From Candidatus Bathyarchaeia archaeon (GTDB lineage: Archaea > Thermoproteota > Bathyarchaeia > Bathyarchaeales > Bathycorpusculaceae), in the NCBI GenBank assembly GCA_038882975.1, contig JAVZNE010000001.1, positions 96,001 through 160,000 of the forward strand: 64,000 nucleotides of DNA, written 5' to 3'. The position numbers and the translations under genes are program-made. How positions within the stretch are numbered: position 1 is the first letter of the stretch; each line of letters opens with the position of its first letter. A model generated the notes under the pieces. That model worked only from the letters and a program-made list of their open reading frames with translations, made no database searches and had not been told where the DNA came from. This document shows, one piece after another, positions 38,346 through 47,306 of this stretch.

Positions 38346-39704
38346 ATGAAGTACGATGTTGTAGTTGTTGGTGCCGGAACAGCAGGGTGTTTAGCCGCAA
38401 AAACGGCTGCTCAAGCTGGCTTGAAGGTCTGTTTAGTTGAGCGGAAGGTTCAAAGGGAGATTGGCGAGAAGGTTTGTGGAGACGCCTTAGGAGAGCACCA
38501 TTTAAAGAGTGTTGAGTTGAAGCCTCCCCAACACGGTGAGTTGGAGAGGCAGATAGAAGGCGTTAAAATATATTCGCCGGACTTGGAGACTGTTTTTACT
38601 GTTAGGCATGAGGATTTTTCTGGTTATCTCCTGAATAGGCGCCTTTTTGGGCAGTGGCTTTTGAGAATGGCGCTGGATAATGGAGCGGATTTATTTGACT
38701 TGACTCAATGTTTAGAACCTATTATTGGTGGCGGCTGTGTAACTGGAGTTTTAGCTAAAAACATGAAGACTGGTGAGAAGATTCGTATTGAAGGAAAAAC
38801 CGTCGTGGATGCGAGCGGTTTTCTAGCTGTTGTTAGGAGGAAACTTCCAGAAGAAATGAAGATTGAGAGAGAAATTGCCAACGAGGATGTGGAGGCTTGT
38901 TATAGGGAGATTAGACAGCTTAAACAAGAGGTTGAGGACAAAAGTTACTGCGAAATCTACCTAAACCAGAACGTGACTCCTGGCGGCTACACATGGATTT
39001 TCTATAAGAGCAGCGCAAAAGTTAACGCTGGACTTGGAGTCTGCATGCGAAACAGGTTTCCAAATCCGAAAGGACAGTTTTACAAGCATGTCTTAATTAA
39101 TCCATTGTTCGATGGTTCACTGTTGCTTGACGGTGGGGCGTGGTACGACCCAACAAGGAGACCATTAGACAACATGGTTGGAAATGGCGTAATAATCACC
39201 GGAGACGCCGCGTGCCTCGTGAACCCCATACATGGAGGCGGAATAGGACCATCGATGATAAGTGGATATTTAGCTGGAAAAACCATAACTAAGGCTTTAG
39301 AGAAAGGCGACGTAAGCCAAGAAGCCTTATGGCAGTACAACGTCAAGTACATGGAAAGCTATGGGACAAAGCAAGCCGCACTAGACGTTTTTAGACTTTT
39401 GCTGTTAAAATGTAGCAATGAAGACCTAAACTATGGCATGAAATATAAGCTGTTGACCGAGGAGGATGTTTTAAAAGCTGGTTTAGGCGAGGACTTCCAC
39501 CTAAAAATAACTGAAACTGCAAAAAGGGTTTTCAGAGGCATAAAACGCATCCACTTTTTAAACAAGTTGAGGGTCACAGTTAACCTAATGAACAGGGTTA
39601 AGGCTCATTATAGGAATTATCCAAAAACGCCAAGAGACTTTGAGAAGTGGCAACTTAAAACTGAGGCGCTGTTTAAAGAGGCGAAGTCAAAGCTTATGGG
39701 ATAA
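38346..39704 (+). CDS. Digeranylgeranylglycerophospholipid reductase family flavoprotein
   Basis: VVGAGTAG, KVCGD, PGGYTWIF and GDAACLVNPIHGGGI motifs. Confidence 0.88.
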   Translation: MKYDVVVVGAGTAGCLAAKTAAQAGLKVCLVERKVQREIGEKVCGDALGEHHLKSVELKPPQHGELERQIEGVKIYSPDLETVFTVRHEDFSGYLLNRRLFGQWLLRMALDNGADLFDLTQCLEPIIGGGCVTGVLAKNMKTGEKIRIEGKTVVDASGFLAVVRRKLPEEMKIEREIANEDVEACYREIRQLKQEVEDKSYCEIYLNQNVTPGGYTWIFYKSSAKVNAGLGVCMRNRFPNPKGQFYKHVLINPLFDGSLLLDGGAWYDPTRRPLDNMVGNGVIITGDAACLVNPIHGGGIGPSMISGYLAGKTITKALEKGDVSQEALWQYNVKYMESYGTKQAALDVFRLLLLKCSNEDLNYGMKYKLLTEEDVLKAGLGEDFHLKITETAKRVFRGIKRIHFLNKLRVTVNLMNRVKAHYRNYPKTPRDFEKWQLKTEALFKEAKSKLMG

Positions 39705-39712
39705 TGCGGCAC

Positions 39713-40387
39713 ATGCGGGTTGCAGTTCTAGCCACTGGCGGGAAAGATTCCACCCTTGCCCTTTACCGAGTTTTACGTTTGGGCTATGATGTAAAATGCT
39801 TGGTGAGCATGATTCCTCTTAGGGAGGACAGCTGGATGTTCCACTATCCAAACATTCATTTAATGGATCTGTTTGCGGAAGCCGTTGGAATTCCACTGGT
39901 TAAGGGTGAGACCTCTGGAGTGAAGGAGGTTGAAGTTGAGGATTTGAAGCGTTTGGTGGCAGAGCTTGACGTGGACGGAATTGTTTCCGGGGCTATAGCC
40001 TCAAACTATCAGAGGACGAGGATAGAGGAAATCTGCAAGCAGTTGGGGCTTAAGTGTCTGACACCTCTTTGGCGGGAAAATCCGATAAGCATCTTAAGGG
40101 AGATTCTGGACCTAAAATTTGAAGTTATAATAACTAGTGTTTGTGCATATGGCTTTTCAAAAGAGTGGCTTGGGAGAAAATTTGACGCAGAAACCGTTGA
40201 TGCTTTGATTGAGCTGAACGAGCGTTTTGGTGTTTCCCTTGTGGGTGAGGGGGGCGAATACGAAACACTGGTGCTTGACGCCCCATTTTTCAAGAGAAAG
40301 TTGAAAATTGTTGAGGCTGAAAGGGTTTGGAGGGGGCAGAGCGGCTATCTCCTCGTTAAAAGGGCTGTGCTTGAGGCTAAGCCCTAA
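39713..40387 (+). CDS. dph6: Diphthine--ammonia ligase (Dph6 family)
   Basis: TGGKDS, SWMFHYPN, GAIASNYQ, PLW and GEGGEYETLV motifs. Confidence 0.88.
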   Translation: MRVAVLATGGKDSTLALYRVLRLGYDVKCLVSMIPLREDSWMFHYPNIHLMDLFAEAVGIPLVKGETSGVKEVEVEDLKRLVAELDVDGIVSGAIASNYQRTRIEEICKQLGLKCLTPLWRENPISILREILDLKFEVIITSVCAYGFSKEWLGRKFDAETVDALIELNERFGVSLVGEGGEYETLVLDAPFFKRKLKIVEAERVWRGQSGYLLVKRAVLEAKP

Positions 40388-40508
40388 CAGCCTATTGGAA
40401 AAGTTTATTTTGTTGGTTGGGGGAATCATTGAGAGCCAGTGGCGGATGGGAATCCGCTGGGATGTAACCAGCTGGTTGAACCATAAACAATAAGTGAGGT
40501 GAAAAGAA

Positions 40509-41084
40509 TTGGCGTATAAATACATTGCAGAGGCTTGGAAAAAGCCTGAAGAATCCTTCGTTAAAGAGTTAATGCGTAAGAGGCTAATAGAGTGGCGAAA
40601 AGAACCAGCAATAGTTCGTGTGGAAAAGCCAACACGTCTAGACAGAGCTAGGAAACTTGGCTATAAAGCGAAACAAGGCTTCATCATAGTCCGTGTCCGC
40701 GTTAGGCGAGGCGGACTGCGAAAACAGCGCCCCAGGTCCGGTAGAAGACCAAAAAGGATGGGTGTTAAAAAGTATAAGCCTGCGAAAAGCTTGAGGCTTA
40801 TAGCTGAGGAGCGGGCTGCCAGAAAGTTTCCAAACCTAGAAGTTTTAAACTCCTACTGGGTTGGCGAGGACGGACGCTTCAAATGGTTTGAAGTCATAAT
40901 GGTTGATCCGCATCACCCGGCTGTTAAGGCTTACAAGGATATAAACTGGATATGCCAAAAACAGCATAAGGGAAGAGTCTTTAGAGGCTTAACAAGCGCT
41001 GGCAAAAAAGTTAGAGGCTTAAGAAAGAAAGGACGGGGAGCAGAAAAAGCCAGACCAAGCCGCAAAGCGGCAACAGGAGACTAG
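40509..41084 (+). CDS. rpl15e: 50S ribosomal protein L15e
   Basis: [27 protein letters not shown] and RGLTSAG motifs. Confidence 0.97.
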   Translation: MAYKYIAEAWKKPEESFVKELMRKRLIEWRKEPAIVRVEKPTRLDRARKLGYKAKQGFIIVRVRVRRGGLRKQRPRSGRRPKRMGVKKYKPAKSLRLIAEERAARKFPNLEVLNSYWVGEDGRFKWFEVIMVDPHHPAVKAYKDINWICQKQHKGRVFRGLTSAGKKVRGLRKKGRGAEKARPSRKAATGD

Positions 41085-41090
41085 CCTACC

Positions 41091-41399
41091 ATGGCGGGGA
41101 TGAAGCCGCTTGTCTTCAAGAAGGGTGGAAAACAACGCTTAGGGAAAGGCTTCAGCCTCGGAGAACTAAAAGAGGTCAAATTAAGCCTAAAACAAGCCTT
41201 GAAGCTTGGCATTGCAGTTGACTCTCGAAGGAGAACAGTTCACGAGGATAACGTAAAATCTCTGAAGGAGTTTCTAGCAACTTCATTAAAGCCCAAGGCT
41301 AAGCCTAAGGCTGAGGCTAAAGTTGAGAAGGTTTCAAAGCCAGAAGCCGCTGAGAAGAAGGGAAAAGCTAAAAGCGTGAAGAAGAAGAGTAGCAAGTAG
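41091..41399 (+). CDS. rpl13e: 50S ribosomal protein L13e
   Basis: RLGKGFSLGEL...LGIAVDSRRRT..NV..LK. Confidence 0.9.
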   Translation: MAGMKPLVFKKGGKQRLGKGFSLGELKEVKLSLKQALKLGIAVDSRRRTVHEDNVKSLKEFLATSLKPKAKPKAEAKVEKVSKPEAAEKKGKAKSVKKKSSK

Positions 41400-41412
41400 C
41401 AGTGATGCCGTT

Positions 41413-41859
41413 TTGTCTTCTAAAGTTCCCGTATCCCATATTGACGTGAGGGTGTTTGCCCACGCAACAGAAGACGAAGAGAAAGTTTTATCAGCCGTAC
41501 GCAACACACTTCCGCCACAAGTTTCCGAAAACATTGCTTTTAAAAAGTCTAACTTAAGCGGGCATCATGGAAACCCAATAACCCTTTTCGAGGCTAAAAT
41601 TAAGGAAAAGGCGCATGTTATGGCTTTTCTTGAGAAGCTTGCTTTAGGCTTAAGCATTTTAGACAAGGAGATTTTGGGCGGCGAAATCGAACAGCACATT
41701 GAAAAGGGCTGCCTTTACATAAGGCTTGACAAGCAGGCGGCTTACCTAAACGAGTTTAAGCTCGGCACAACAGACCCGATACATTTCAAAATTCACTTCA
41801 AGAAATCTGATATGAGAGAGATTGCTGAAGTCTGCAGAAGCCTTGGGATAATTCCATGA
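41413..41859 (+). CDS. RNA-binding protein of the exosome/RNase P superoperon (COG1325-like)
   Basis: HATEDEEKV, GHHGNPI and LYIRLDKQ motifs. Confidence 0.88.
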   Translation: MSSKVPVSHIDVRVFAHATEDEEKVLSAVRNTLPPQVSENIAFKKSNLSGHHGNPITLFEAKIKEKAHVMAFLEKLALGLSILDKEILGGEIEQHIEKGCLYIRLDKQAAYLNEFKLGTTDPIHFKIHFKKSDMREIAEVCRSLGIIP

Positions 41860-42599
41860 GGAGAATTTTTGCTGATCTACACTTACAGCCAAACCTAGGC
41901 GACGTGGAACAGACTAGGCGAATGATAGCTAAGGCTTCAGAGTTGGGCTACCGCCTAATAGCCATGCCAGTGCCACCCTCGCTAAGCCTTGCCGAAAAAT
42001 ACGTCCAACAGTTGAGAAGTATATGCCAAGAAAAAGCCATAGACTATGCTTCACGCCTAGATTTAAAGCCGAAAACACCAAAAGAACTTCTCCAACTTTT
42101 GAGGCAGTTCCGCCGAAAATACGAGATAATAGCCGTGATGTGCGAGTCTAAGGCTGTTGCGAGGCAAGCGGCAAAAGACCATAGAGTGGATCTCCTAAAC
42201 TTTCCATCCATAGACCCCCACAAAAGGTTTTTCGACAAGGCAGAAGCCGAACTAGCCTCCAACACTCAAGCCTCACTAGAGATTGACATAAAACCATTGC
42301 TCATTTTGAAAGGCCCAGCCAGAATAAGGCTTCTTTCAACTTTGCGAAGGGAAACGGCCATAGCAAAAGACTTTCAAGTGCCCATTGTGGTTTCAAGTGG
42401 CACGACAAGTGAGCTACTAATGCGGAAACCCCTCGAAATGGCAGCACTGGCAGCCCTTTTTGATTTAGACAAGCCGTCAGCCCTAGATGCCGCTTCAAAG
42501 AATCCTTTGGCGATTGTTAAGAGAAACCGCGAAAAGCTCAGCCCCCACTTTATTGCTCCTGGAATACGCCTAATCAGGATGGGGAAAGATTGCCAGTAA
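41856..42599 (+). CDS. rnp3: RNase P protein Rpp30
   Basis: PHP-like barrel (ADLH, RVDLL, LEID, PIVVSSG, NP); position between the RNA-binding protein and Pop5. Confidence 0.85.
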   Translation: MRRIFADLHLQPNLGDVEQTRRMIAKASELGYRLIAMPVPPSLSLAEKYVQQLRSICQEKAIDYASRLDLKPKTPKELLQLLRQFRRKYEIIAVMCESKAVARQAAKDHRVDLLNFPSIDPHKRFFDKAEAELASNTQASLEIDIKPLLILKGPARIRLLSTLRRETAIAKDFQVPIVVSSGTTSELLMRKPLEMAALAALFDLDKPSALDAASKNPLAIVKRNREKLSPHFIAPGIRLIRMGKDCQ

Positions 42600-42916
42600 A
42601 AGTGAGGCGCCGCTATCTAGCCCTAAAGATGGAATCTGCGGAAAAGTTTGAGTCGAGGGAGCTTCTTGACGCCTTATGGAACGCCATTTTAAGGTTGTAT
42701 GGAGAGTGTGGAGCAAGCAAAACAAGCTTAACATTAATTGATTATGATGAGGAAAAAGGAATTGCCATAATCCGCGTAGCCCATACGGAGCTTGAAAAGG
42801 TTAGAGCCGCCATAGCCACAATAACAGAAATTAACACCAAACCAGCAGTGGTTCATGTCTTAACCGCTTCCGGCACCTTAAGAGCCCTTCATAGAAAAGT
42901 TAGAGCCAGCCATTAG
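42590..42916 (+). CDS. rnp2: RNase P protein Pop5
   Basis: RRRYL, LYGECG, GIAIIRV and SGTLR motifs. Confidence 0.88.
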   Translation: MPVKVRRRYLALKMESAEKFESRELLDALWNAILRLYGECGASKTSLTLIDYDEEKGIAIIRVAHTELEKVRAAIATITEINTKPAVVHVLTASGTLRALHRKVRASH

Positions 42917-42956
42917 CAGCAATTGGTTTAAAAGGCTGAAAACATATTTTAAGCTT

Positions 42957-43020
42957 GGGGGATGATGACGCCGTCCCAGTCTGATGATGCAATATGAGGA
43001 GCTCATGACGGCCAGACCCC
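42957..43020 (+). ncRNA. Box C/D 2'-O-methylation guide sRNA
   Basis: GGGG/CCCC terminal stem; C box ATGATGA 42962-42968; 12-nt guide; D' CTGA 42981-42984; C' ATGAGGA 42994-43000; 12-nt guide; degenerate D CAGA 43013-43016; TTTAAAAG about 25-30 nt upstream. Confidence 0.8.
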
Positions 43021-43042
43021 GCAAATCGTCAAAGCTGGAAAA

Positions 43043-43735
43043 CTAACGAAGAAGCCTAGCCATTTTCTCCCTTTTCCGCTTAAGCCCAAAAGCCAATGCC
43101 AAAATCATTCCTGCAACGAAGCCGCCTATATGCGCCCAATAAGCAATCTTGCTGCCGATTTCAAATAGGCCGTAAAGCCACTGCATGAGAAACCAGACGC
43201 CTAGAAAAATAACTGCTGGGATGGGCAGTATAAAGTAGGCAACCCATGTTAAAATTCGGGCTTTTGGAAACAGTATAAGGTAAGCTCCTAAAACTCCGGA
43301 AATCGCTCCAGAAGCACCAACAACTCCAGTGCTGAAATCAATGGTGCCATTGGTTAAGCCAAGACACAAGCTCAATATGTGAGTGAAGGCTGCTGCTAAG
43401 CCACAAAATATGTAGAATGCCAAATAGCCTATGTGTCCAAAAATGTCTTCAACGTTATCTCCGAAAATGTATAGAAAGAGCATGTTTCCAAGCAAGTGTA
43501 GCCAATCAGCGTGCATAAACATTGATGTCACTAAAGTGTAAAGCCTTTGTCCGTGGACAACTTTGCTGGGATACATGATAAAATCAGACCCGATTCTCTC
43601 TGCAACTGTAGGTGGAAAGTAAATTCCTAAGTCAGAAAGCCAATAAACCGCGAATATGACAATGTTCACAATTAACAGCATGCGGTTGACGTGGGGAGTG
43701 CTGAACGGACGGTTCAAATCCTTTAATGGAAGCAA
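43043..43735 (-). CDS. Rhomboid family intramembrane serine protease
   Basis: HLLGNMLFL, GASGAISG and AYWAHIGGF motifs. Confidence 0.93.
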   Translation of the reverse strand: MLPLKDLNRPFSTPHVNRMLLIVNIVIFAVYWLSDLGIYFPPTVAERIGSDFIMYPSKVVHGQRLYTLVTSMFMHADWLHLLGNMLFLYIFGDNVEDIFGHIGYLAFYIFCGLAAAFTHILSLCLGLTNGTIDFSTGVVGASGAISGVLGAYLILFPKARILTWVAYFILPIPAVIFLGVWFLMQWLYGLFEIGSKIAYWAHIGGFVAGMILALAFGLKRKREKMARLLR

Positions 43736-43815
43736 GGAACAGCCTCGCCAAACCCACTATGACTCATGGCAACGTTTAAAATTTACCGTCAAAATGTTGG
43801 CTAAGCAACACGTCA

Positions 43816-44196
43816 TTAGTAGGCTAGGCACTCAATCATTCTGCTACAAGTTAAACACTCATCTGGTATTGGCGTATTCTTTGGACGCTTCTTCAAATAA
43901 CCAAGAAAATGTTCACACTTTGCCCCTTCTGATTCGCTTTCCTCTTTTTTGTGTACAATAACTGTGGAGGTTTTTTCCTCTTCTTCCCTGCTTCTTTCAT
44001 GCCTCATGGCTTTTACTTCTCCAACTTTTGTTAGGCAACGCGGACAAGCATAATAGGTTCTGAAAGAACCGCCAGAAACAATTGTTGCCAAAATTGGTTT
44101 TTCAAAGTTTTCACCACAGCCATAACATGTCTGACCATTATACCTTGAAAGATAGTACCCGCCACTATACCTTGCTAATGATATGTTTTCAGACAT
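43816..44196 (-). CDS. Cys-rich double zinc-binding protein
   Basis: CYGC...ACPRC, charged linker, CEHFLGYL...PDECLTC...C. Start trimmed to ATG 44196. Confidence 0.7.
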   Translation of the reverse strand: MSENISLARYSGGYYLSRYNGQTCYGCGENFEKPILATIVSGGSFRTYYACPRCLTKVGEVKAMRHERSREEEEKTSTVIVHKKEESESEGAKCEHFLGYLKKRPKNTPIPDECLTCSRMIECLAY

Positions 44197-44275
44197 ACTT
44201 TGCAACCCATCAGTATGCAGAATATTAATATTTAATAAACCTTTTTGCACAAACGTACAACACAAAAACACATAG

Positions 44276-44350
44276 TGGGCCGGACCGGATTTGAACCGGT
44301 GACCTTCCGCACGTCAAGCGGATGTCCTAACCGAGCTAGACTACCGGCCC
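44276..44350 (-). tRNA. tRNA-Val(GAC)
   Basis: GGGCCGG/CCGGCCC acceptor stem, anticodon arm TCCGC-TTGACGT-GCGGA, GGTTCAAATCC T-arm; no intron, CCA not encoded. Confidence 0.95.
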
Positions 44351-44452
44351 TCTTTTGCCCGGAAATAGTTTACTTGCATTTCCAATATATAGCTGATTCG
44401 TTTTTGGATAAAGATTTAAGATTTAAAAGTGTCTTAGAGGGTGGTGGCTGTT

Positions 44453-44540
44453 GCCGGGATGGCGGAGTGGATAACGCGCAGGCCTTGAGAGCCTGTGGCC
44501 CGTTTGGGCCGCGTGGGTTCGAATCCCACTCCCGGCGCCA
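44453..44540 (+). tRNA. tRNA-Ser(TGA)
   Basis: GCCGGGA/TCCCGGC acceptor stem, CAGGC-CTTGAGA-GCCTG anticodon arm, long variable arm GGCCC-GTTT-GGGCC, G73 and encoded CCA. Confidence 0.95.
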
Positions 44541-44575
44541 AAACTGCCGTTTAAGGCGTTTTAGGGTGATTTATT

Positions 44576-44947
44576 ATGCATTGTTCTGATTGTGGTGAAT
44601 GCTGCCGTGAAACCGAAATGGAACTTTCAAGCGATGACGTAGAGCGTTTGGTGGATGCTGGTTATCGCCCAGAGGATTTTATGGTTGTACGTGATGATGT
44701 GCCACATCTCAGAAATGTTGATGGTTGTTGCTACTTTTACAGCCCAGCTAAAAGGAGGTGTCGAGTTTATAAGATAAGACCTTTGGGATGCCGTCTTTAT
44801 CCAGTTATTTATGTGGACGGTGTAGGCGTGACTTTGGATGAGTTATGTCCTATGAGGCATACAGTTTCCAAGAAAGAGTTTAAGCGGAAAGCGAGAATTC
44901 TCAAGAGGCTTTTGGAAAAGATTTATGGTGAACGTTTGTTCCGCTGA
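44576..44947 (+). CDS. YkgJ-family cysteine-cluster protein
   Basis: CSDCGECC...CYFY...CRVYKIRPLGCRLYP...CP. Confidence 0.88.
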   Translation: MHCSDCGECCRETEMELSSDDVERLVDAGYRPEDFMVVRDDVPHLRNVDGCCYFYSPAKRRCRVYKIRPLGCRLYPVIYVDGVGVTLDELCPMRHTVSKKEFKRKARILKRLLEKIYGERLFR

Positions 44948-44950
44948 TGG

Positions 44951-45364
44951 CTAGGACTGTTTGAAGTCCCATCCAAACAATGCCAAGTCAAAGTCCGTTA
45001 TTAAGCCAACAAGTTTATTTTTAGCGTTTACAACAGGGATTCTCCTAAGATGTCTATTGTTCATTGTTTTGACAACGTCGAGGACAGTGTTATTGGGTTT
45101 ACATGTTACAAGGTCCCTTGTCATTATGTCTTCAACTTTTAGCTTTCTTACATCAGCCTGTGAATAAACAGCCTTTGTAATTATATCCCTGAAGGTTAGC
45201 AAGCCTTGTAAAATACCTTTCGAGTCGATGATGGGTAGGCATTCCACATCGCATTCAATCATCCTTTTCACGGCTTCTTCCACCGTGCTGCCAACGGAAA
45301 CCGTGATTAGGTTTCTTGTCATAATTTTGCTAACTTTCACTTTAAGTGCGGCTAAATCCTTCAT
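44951..45364 (-). CDS. CBS-pair protein
   Basis: Two CBS repeats (VSKIMT...GLLTFRDI; VEDIMT...GLITDFDL). Confidence 0.92.
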   Translation of the reverse strand: MKDLAALKVKVSKIMTRNLITVSVGSTVEEAVKRMIECDVECLPIIDSKGILQGLLTFRDIITKAVYSQADVRKLKVEDIMTRDLVTCKPNNTVLDVVKTMNNRHLRRIPVVNAKNKLVGLITDFDLALFGWDFKQS

Positions 45365-45506
45365 TATAATCTAAACCCATCTAAAAGAACAAAAGGTGCT
45401 TAAAAACCTATTTATGCCAATGGAAGGCTGAGAGCAAAATTTCTCGTTCCGTCTCTCGAACGTCAATTTTAGCAGTCTGAAAATTGTAAAGTTTGATAGC
45501 CCCTCT

Positions 45507-47231
45507 CTAGTTTTTCGGTGAAACATCTGCCCAATATTTTTCGAACTGTTCCACGTATTTGTATCCGCTGTCGGGGAAAACAAGAACGTACACGCCTTTT
45601 TCTCCGGCAATTTTCTGGAAAGCGTGCACAATGGCTCCTGAGCTTAGCCCTATTAGGAGACCTTCCTTTCTCGCTATTTTTATTGCGCCTTCTATGGCTT
45701 CTGTCTGTTTCACTTCTACTACTTCGTCGAAATGTGCGTTGTGGAACCATTTCATGCCTGTTTCTATCCGCCTTATGCCGGGAATAACTTCGTTTTGGGC
45801 TGGTTGGACGCCAACAATTTTTACGTTGTGGCCGTATTTGGTTTTGAAGTAGTGGGATATGGCGCTCATATGCCCAGACGTCCCAAGTCCTCCAATTATG
45901 CATGTGGGCTTTAAGCCTAGGCTGTTCAATTGGTCGTCTATTTCTCTGGCTGTGTATTTTAGGTGGACTTTGAAGTTTGCGTCATTCTCGAACTGGTTTA
46001 GGTGGACAGCATTGTCGGCTTTTGCCTCTTTTTCTACGTGGCTTATCGCCTCAACGGTTAAGCCCACTGGAAGCCGCACAACCTCTGCTCCGAGAACTTT
46101 TAGGTAGATGTCGCTTGCCTTCTGTATGGTTTTCGGTATGAAAAGCCTTGTTCTCACGTCGAGCGTATTAGCTATGGATGTTAAGGCTATGCCAGTATTT
46201 GTGGATGTAGCCTCATACAAAGCAGTTTTAAGCTCTCCATTCTCCATAGCTTCTTTAATCATAGCCCAACCTATTCTGTCTTTTACACTGTTGCTGAAAG
46301 GGTTATAACACTCAAGCTTAGCCCAAACGCTGCAGGAGGTAGAGGAAAGGGAATTTAACTTTACAAGTGGGGTTGGCCAACCATCATAAAGCAGTTCTAG
46401 AGTGCTATTGTAAACTTTTAACACTTTGCGGCTTTGCCTCTTTTTAGTCAATAACTTTTCCAGCGGAACATTAATTTTGACCGGTTCTGCGAAAAGGGTG
46501 AAGCTTTTTGGCTGGAGCTTTGGACCCTTAACCCCAGCCTCAATAATTCTCTCCTTAGAAAAGTTTTCCATGTTTGGTGCTTTGATTTCTACATCCTTTA
46601 AGTTCACCGTAAAAGTGGGTGCCTTCTCTGCCGAAAGTAGGTCGAGTGCTTGGAAGGCTTCATAGCCATGCAATAAAACGCCCGTTCTCTTATCAATTAC
46701 TAGGGGGGCATCGATGACTTCTGTTTTAAGGAATTTAGTGTATGTTGATAGTACATCTGCAAGTTCAACATTCATGGCGGCTTTTATGCGTTTTATGGGC
46801 GTAAGTGTAAGTTCGCTTTTCAGCACTTCGATGGGGATGTCAACCTTCTTTTCAATTGACGATATATGCGATAGGGTTTCACTGTTTCTTATCATGTGGC
46901 ATGTTGATTTAGGCGGAAAACGCTTCCCAGATAAGGCTGCTTCTATCACGTCCCTTTTTGTTAAGTTGTAATTATTTCTCCATGTTTGAACCACTATGTT
47001 TGGCGAGTTGTAATCCACGTAGATTACTGGGATTCTTTTGCATCCGAGGCTTTTGAGGACGTTGAAGCGATGTTCGCCATCCAATATTATATTTGTTTTT
47101 TTGTCGACGACTATTGGATGTTTTAGGATTTTGTCTGCAGCTATTTGTCGTGTCAGTTCTTCGAGATGCTCGGGATCTGTCTCTTCGTGTTCGTGGAGCC
47201 TTTCCAGTTTTATTAGGTGTATTTCGGTCAT
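45507..47231 (-). CDS. Fusion: SerK/SbnI-like ParB-Srx domain + degenerate ParB-Srx repeat + PLP cysteine synthase (O-phosphoserine sulfhydrylase-like)
   Basis: N-term LHEHEE...PIVVD...ILDGEHR...FPPKSTCH; repeat with PLVID...LLHGYEA; C-term PTPLV, KLECYNPFSNSVKDR, ATSTNTG, NQFEN, GGLGTSG, IPGIRR and GLSSGA. Confidence 0.85.
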   Translation of the reverse strand: MTEIHLIKLERLHEHEETDPEHLEELTRQIAADKILKHPIVVDKKTNIILDGEHRFNVLKSLGCKRIPVIYVDYNSPNIVVQTWRNNYNLTKRDVIEAALSGKRFPPKSTCHMIRNSETLSHISSIEKKVDIPIEVLKSELTLTPIKRIKAAMNVELADVLSTYTKFLKTEVIDAPLVIDKRTGVLLHGYEAFQALDLLSAEKAPTFTVNLKDVEIKAPNMENFSKERIIEAGVKGPKLQPKSFTLFAEPVKINVPLEKLLTKKRQSRKVLKVYNSTLELLYDGWPTPLVKLNSLSSTSCSVWAKLECYNPFSNSVKDRIGWAMIKEAMENGELKTALYEATSTNTGIALTSIANTLDVRTRLFIPKTIQKASDIYLKVLGAEVVRLPVGLTVEAISHVEKEAKADNAVHLNQFENDANFKVHLKYTAREIDDQLNSLGLKPTCIIGGLGTSGHMSAISHYFKTKYGHNVKIVGVQPAQNEVIPGIRRIETGMKWFHNAHFDEVVEVKQTEAIEGAIKIARKEGLLIGLSSGAIVHAFQKIAGEKGVYVLVFPDSGYKYVEQFEKYWADVSPKN

Positions 47232-47267
47232 TTTAACACCGTTAAAAGGATTTTAACGCCGTTAAAA
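47231..47267. promoter_or_regulatory. Tandem palindromic operator TTTTAAC-N3-GTTAAAA (x2)
   Basis: TTTTAACACCGTTAAAA 47231-47247 and TTTTAACGCCGTTAAAA 47251-47267 at 20-bp period, next to TATA-like ATATATAAA 47268-47276. Confidence 0.75.
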
Positions 47268-47306
47268 ATATATAAACCTACCGCTAAAAATAACTAGGGA
47301 AAACCC

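Noticed and set aside
41289-41350. 12-nt quasi-repeats at the end of rpl13e (KPKAKPKAEAK)
   Set aside because: A low-complexity Lys/Ala tail, common in ribosomal proteins.
44276-44540. tRNA pair as an integration site for a mobile element
   Set aside because: No integrase and no duplicated tRNA 3' end were seen in the window.
44245-44589. 114-aa ORF spanning 44245-44589
   Set aside because: It overlaps two clear tRNA genes.
45507-47231. ParB-like domains as a chromosome partition or DNA phosphorothioation system
   Set aside because: No HTH, ParA or dnd/ssp genes are nearby, and the motifs and fusion partner fit serine-kinase-type ParB/Srx better.
47231-47267. Repeat pair as a CRISPR remnant or SurR site
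   Set aside because: There are only two 17-bp units with a 3-bp gap and no cas genes. The half-site order is the inverse of the SurR GTT-N3-AAC motif.
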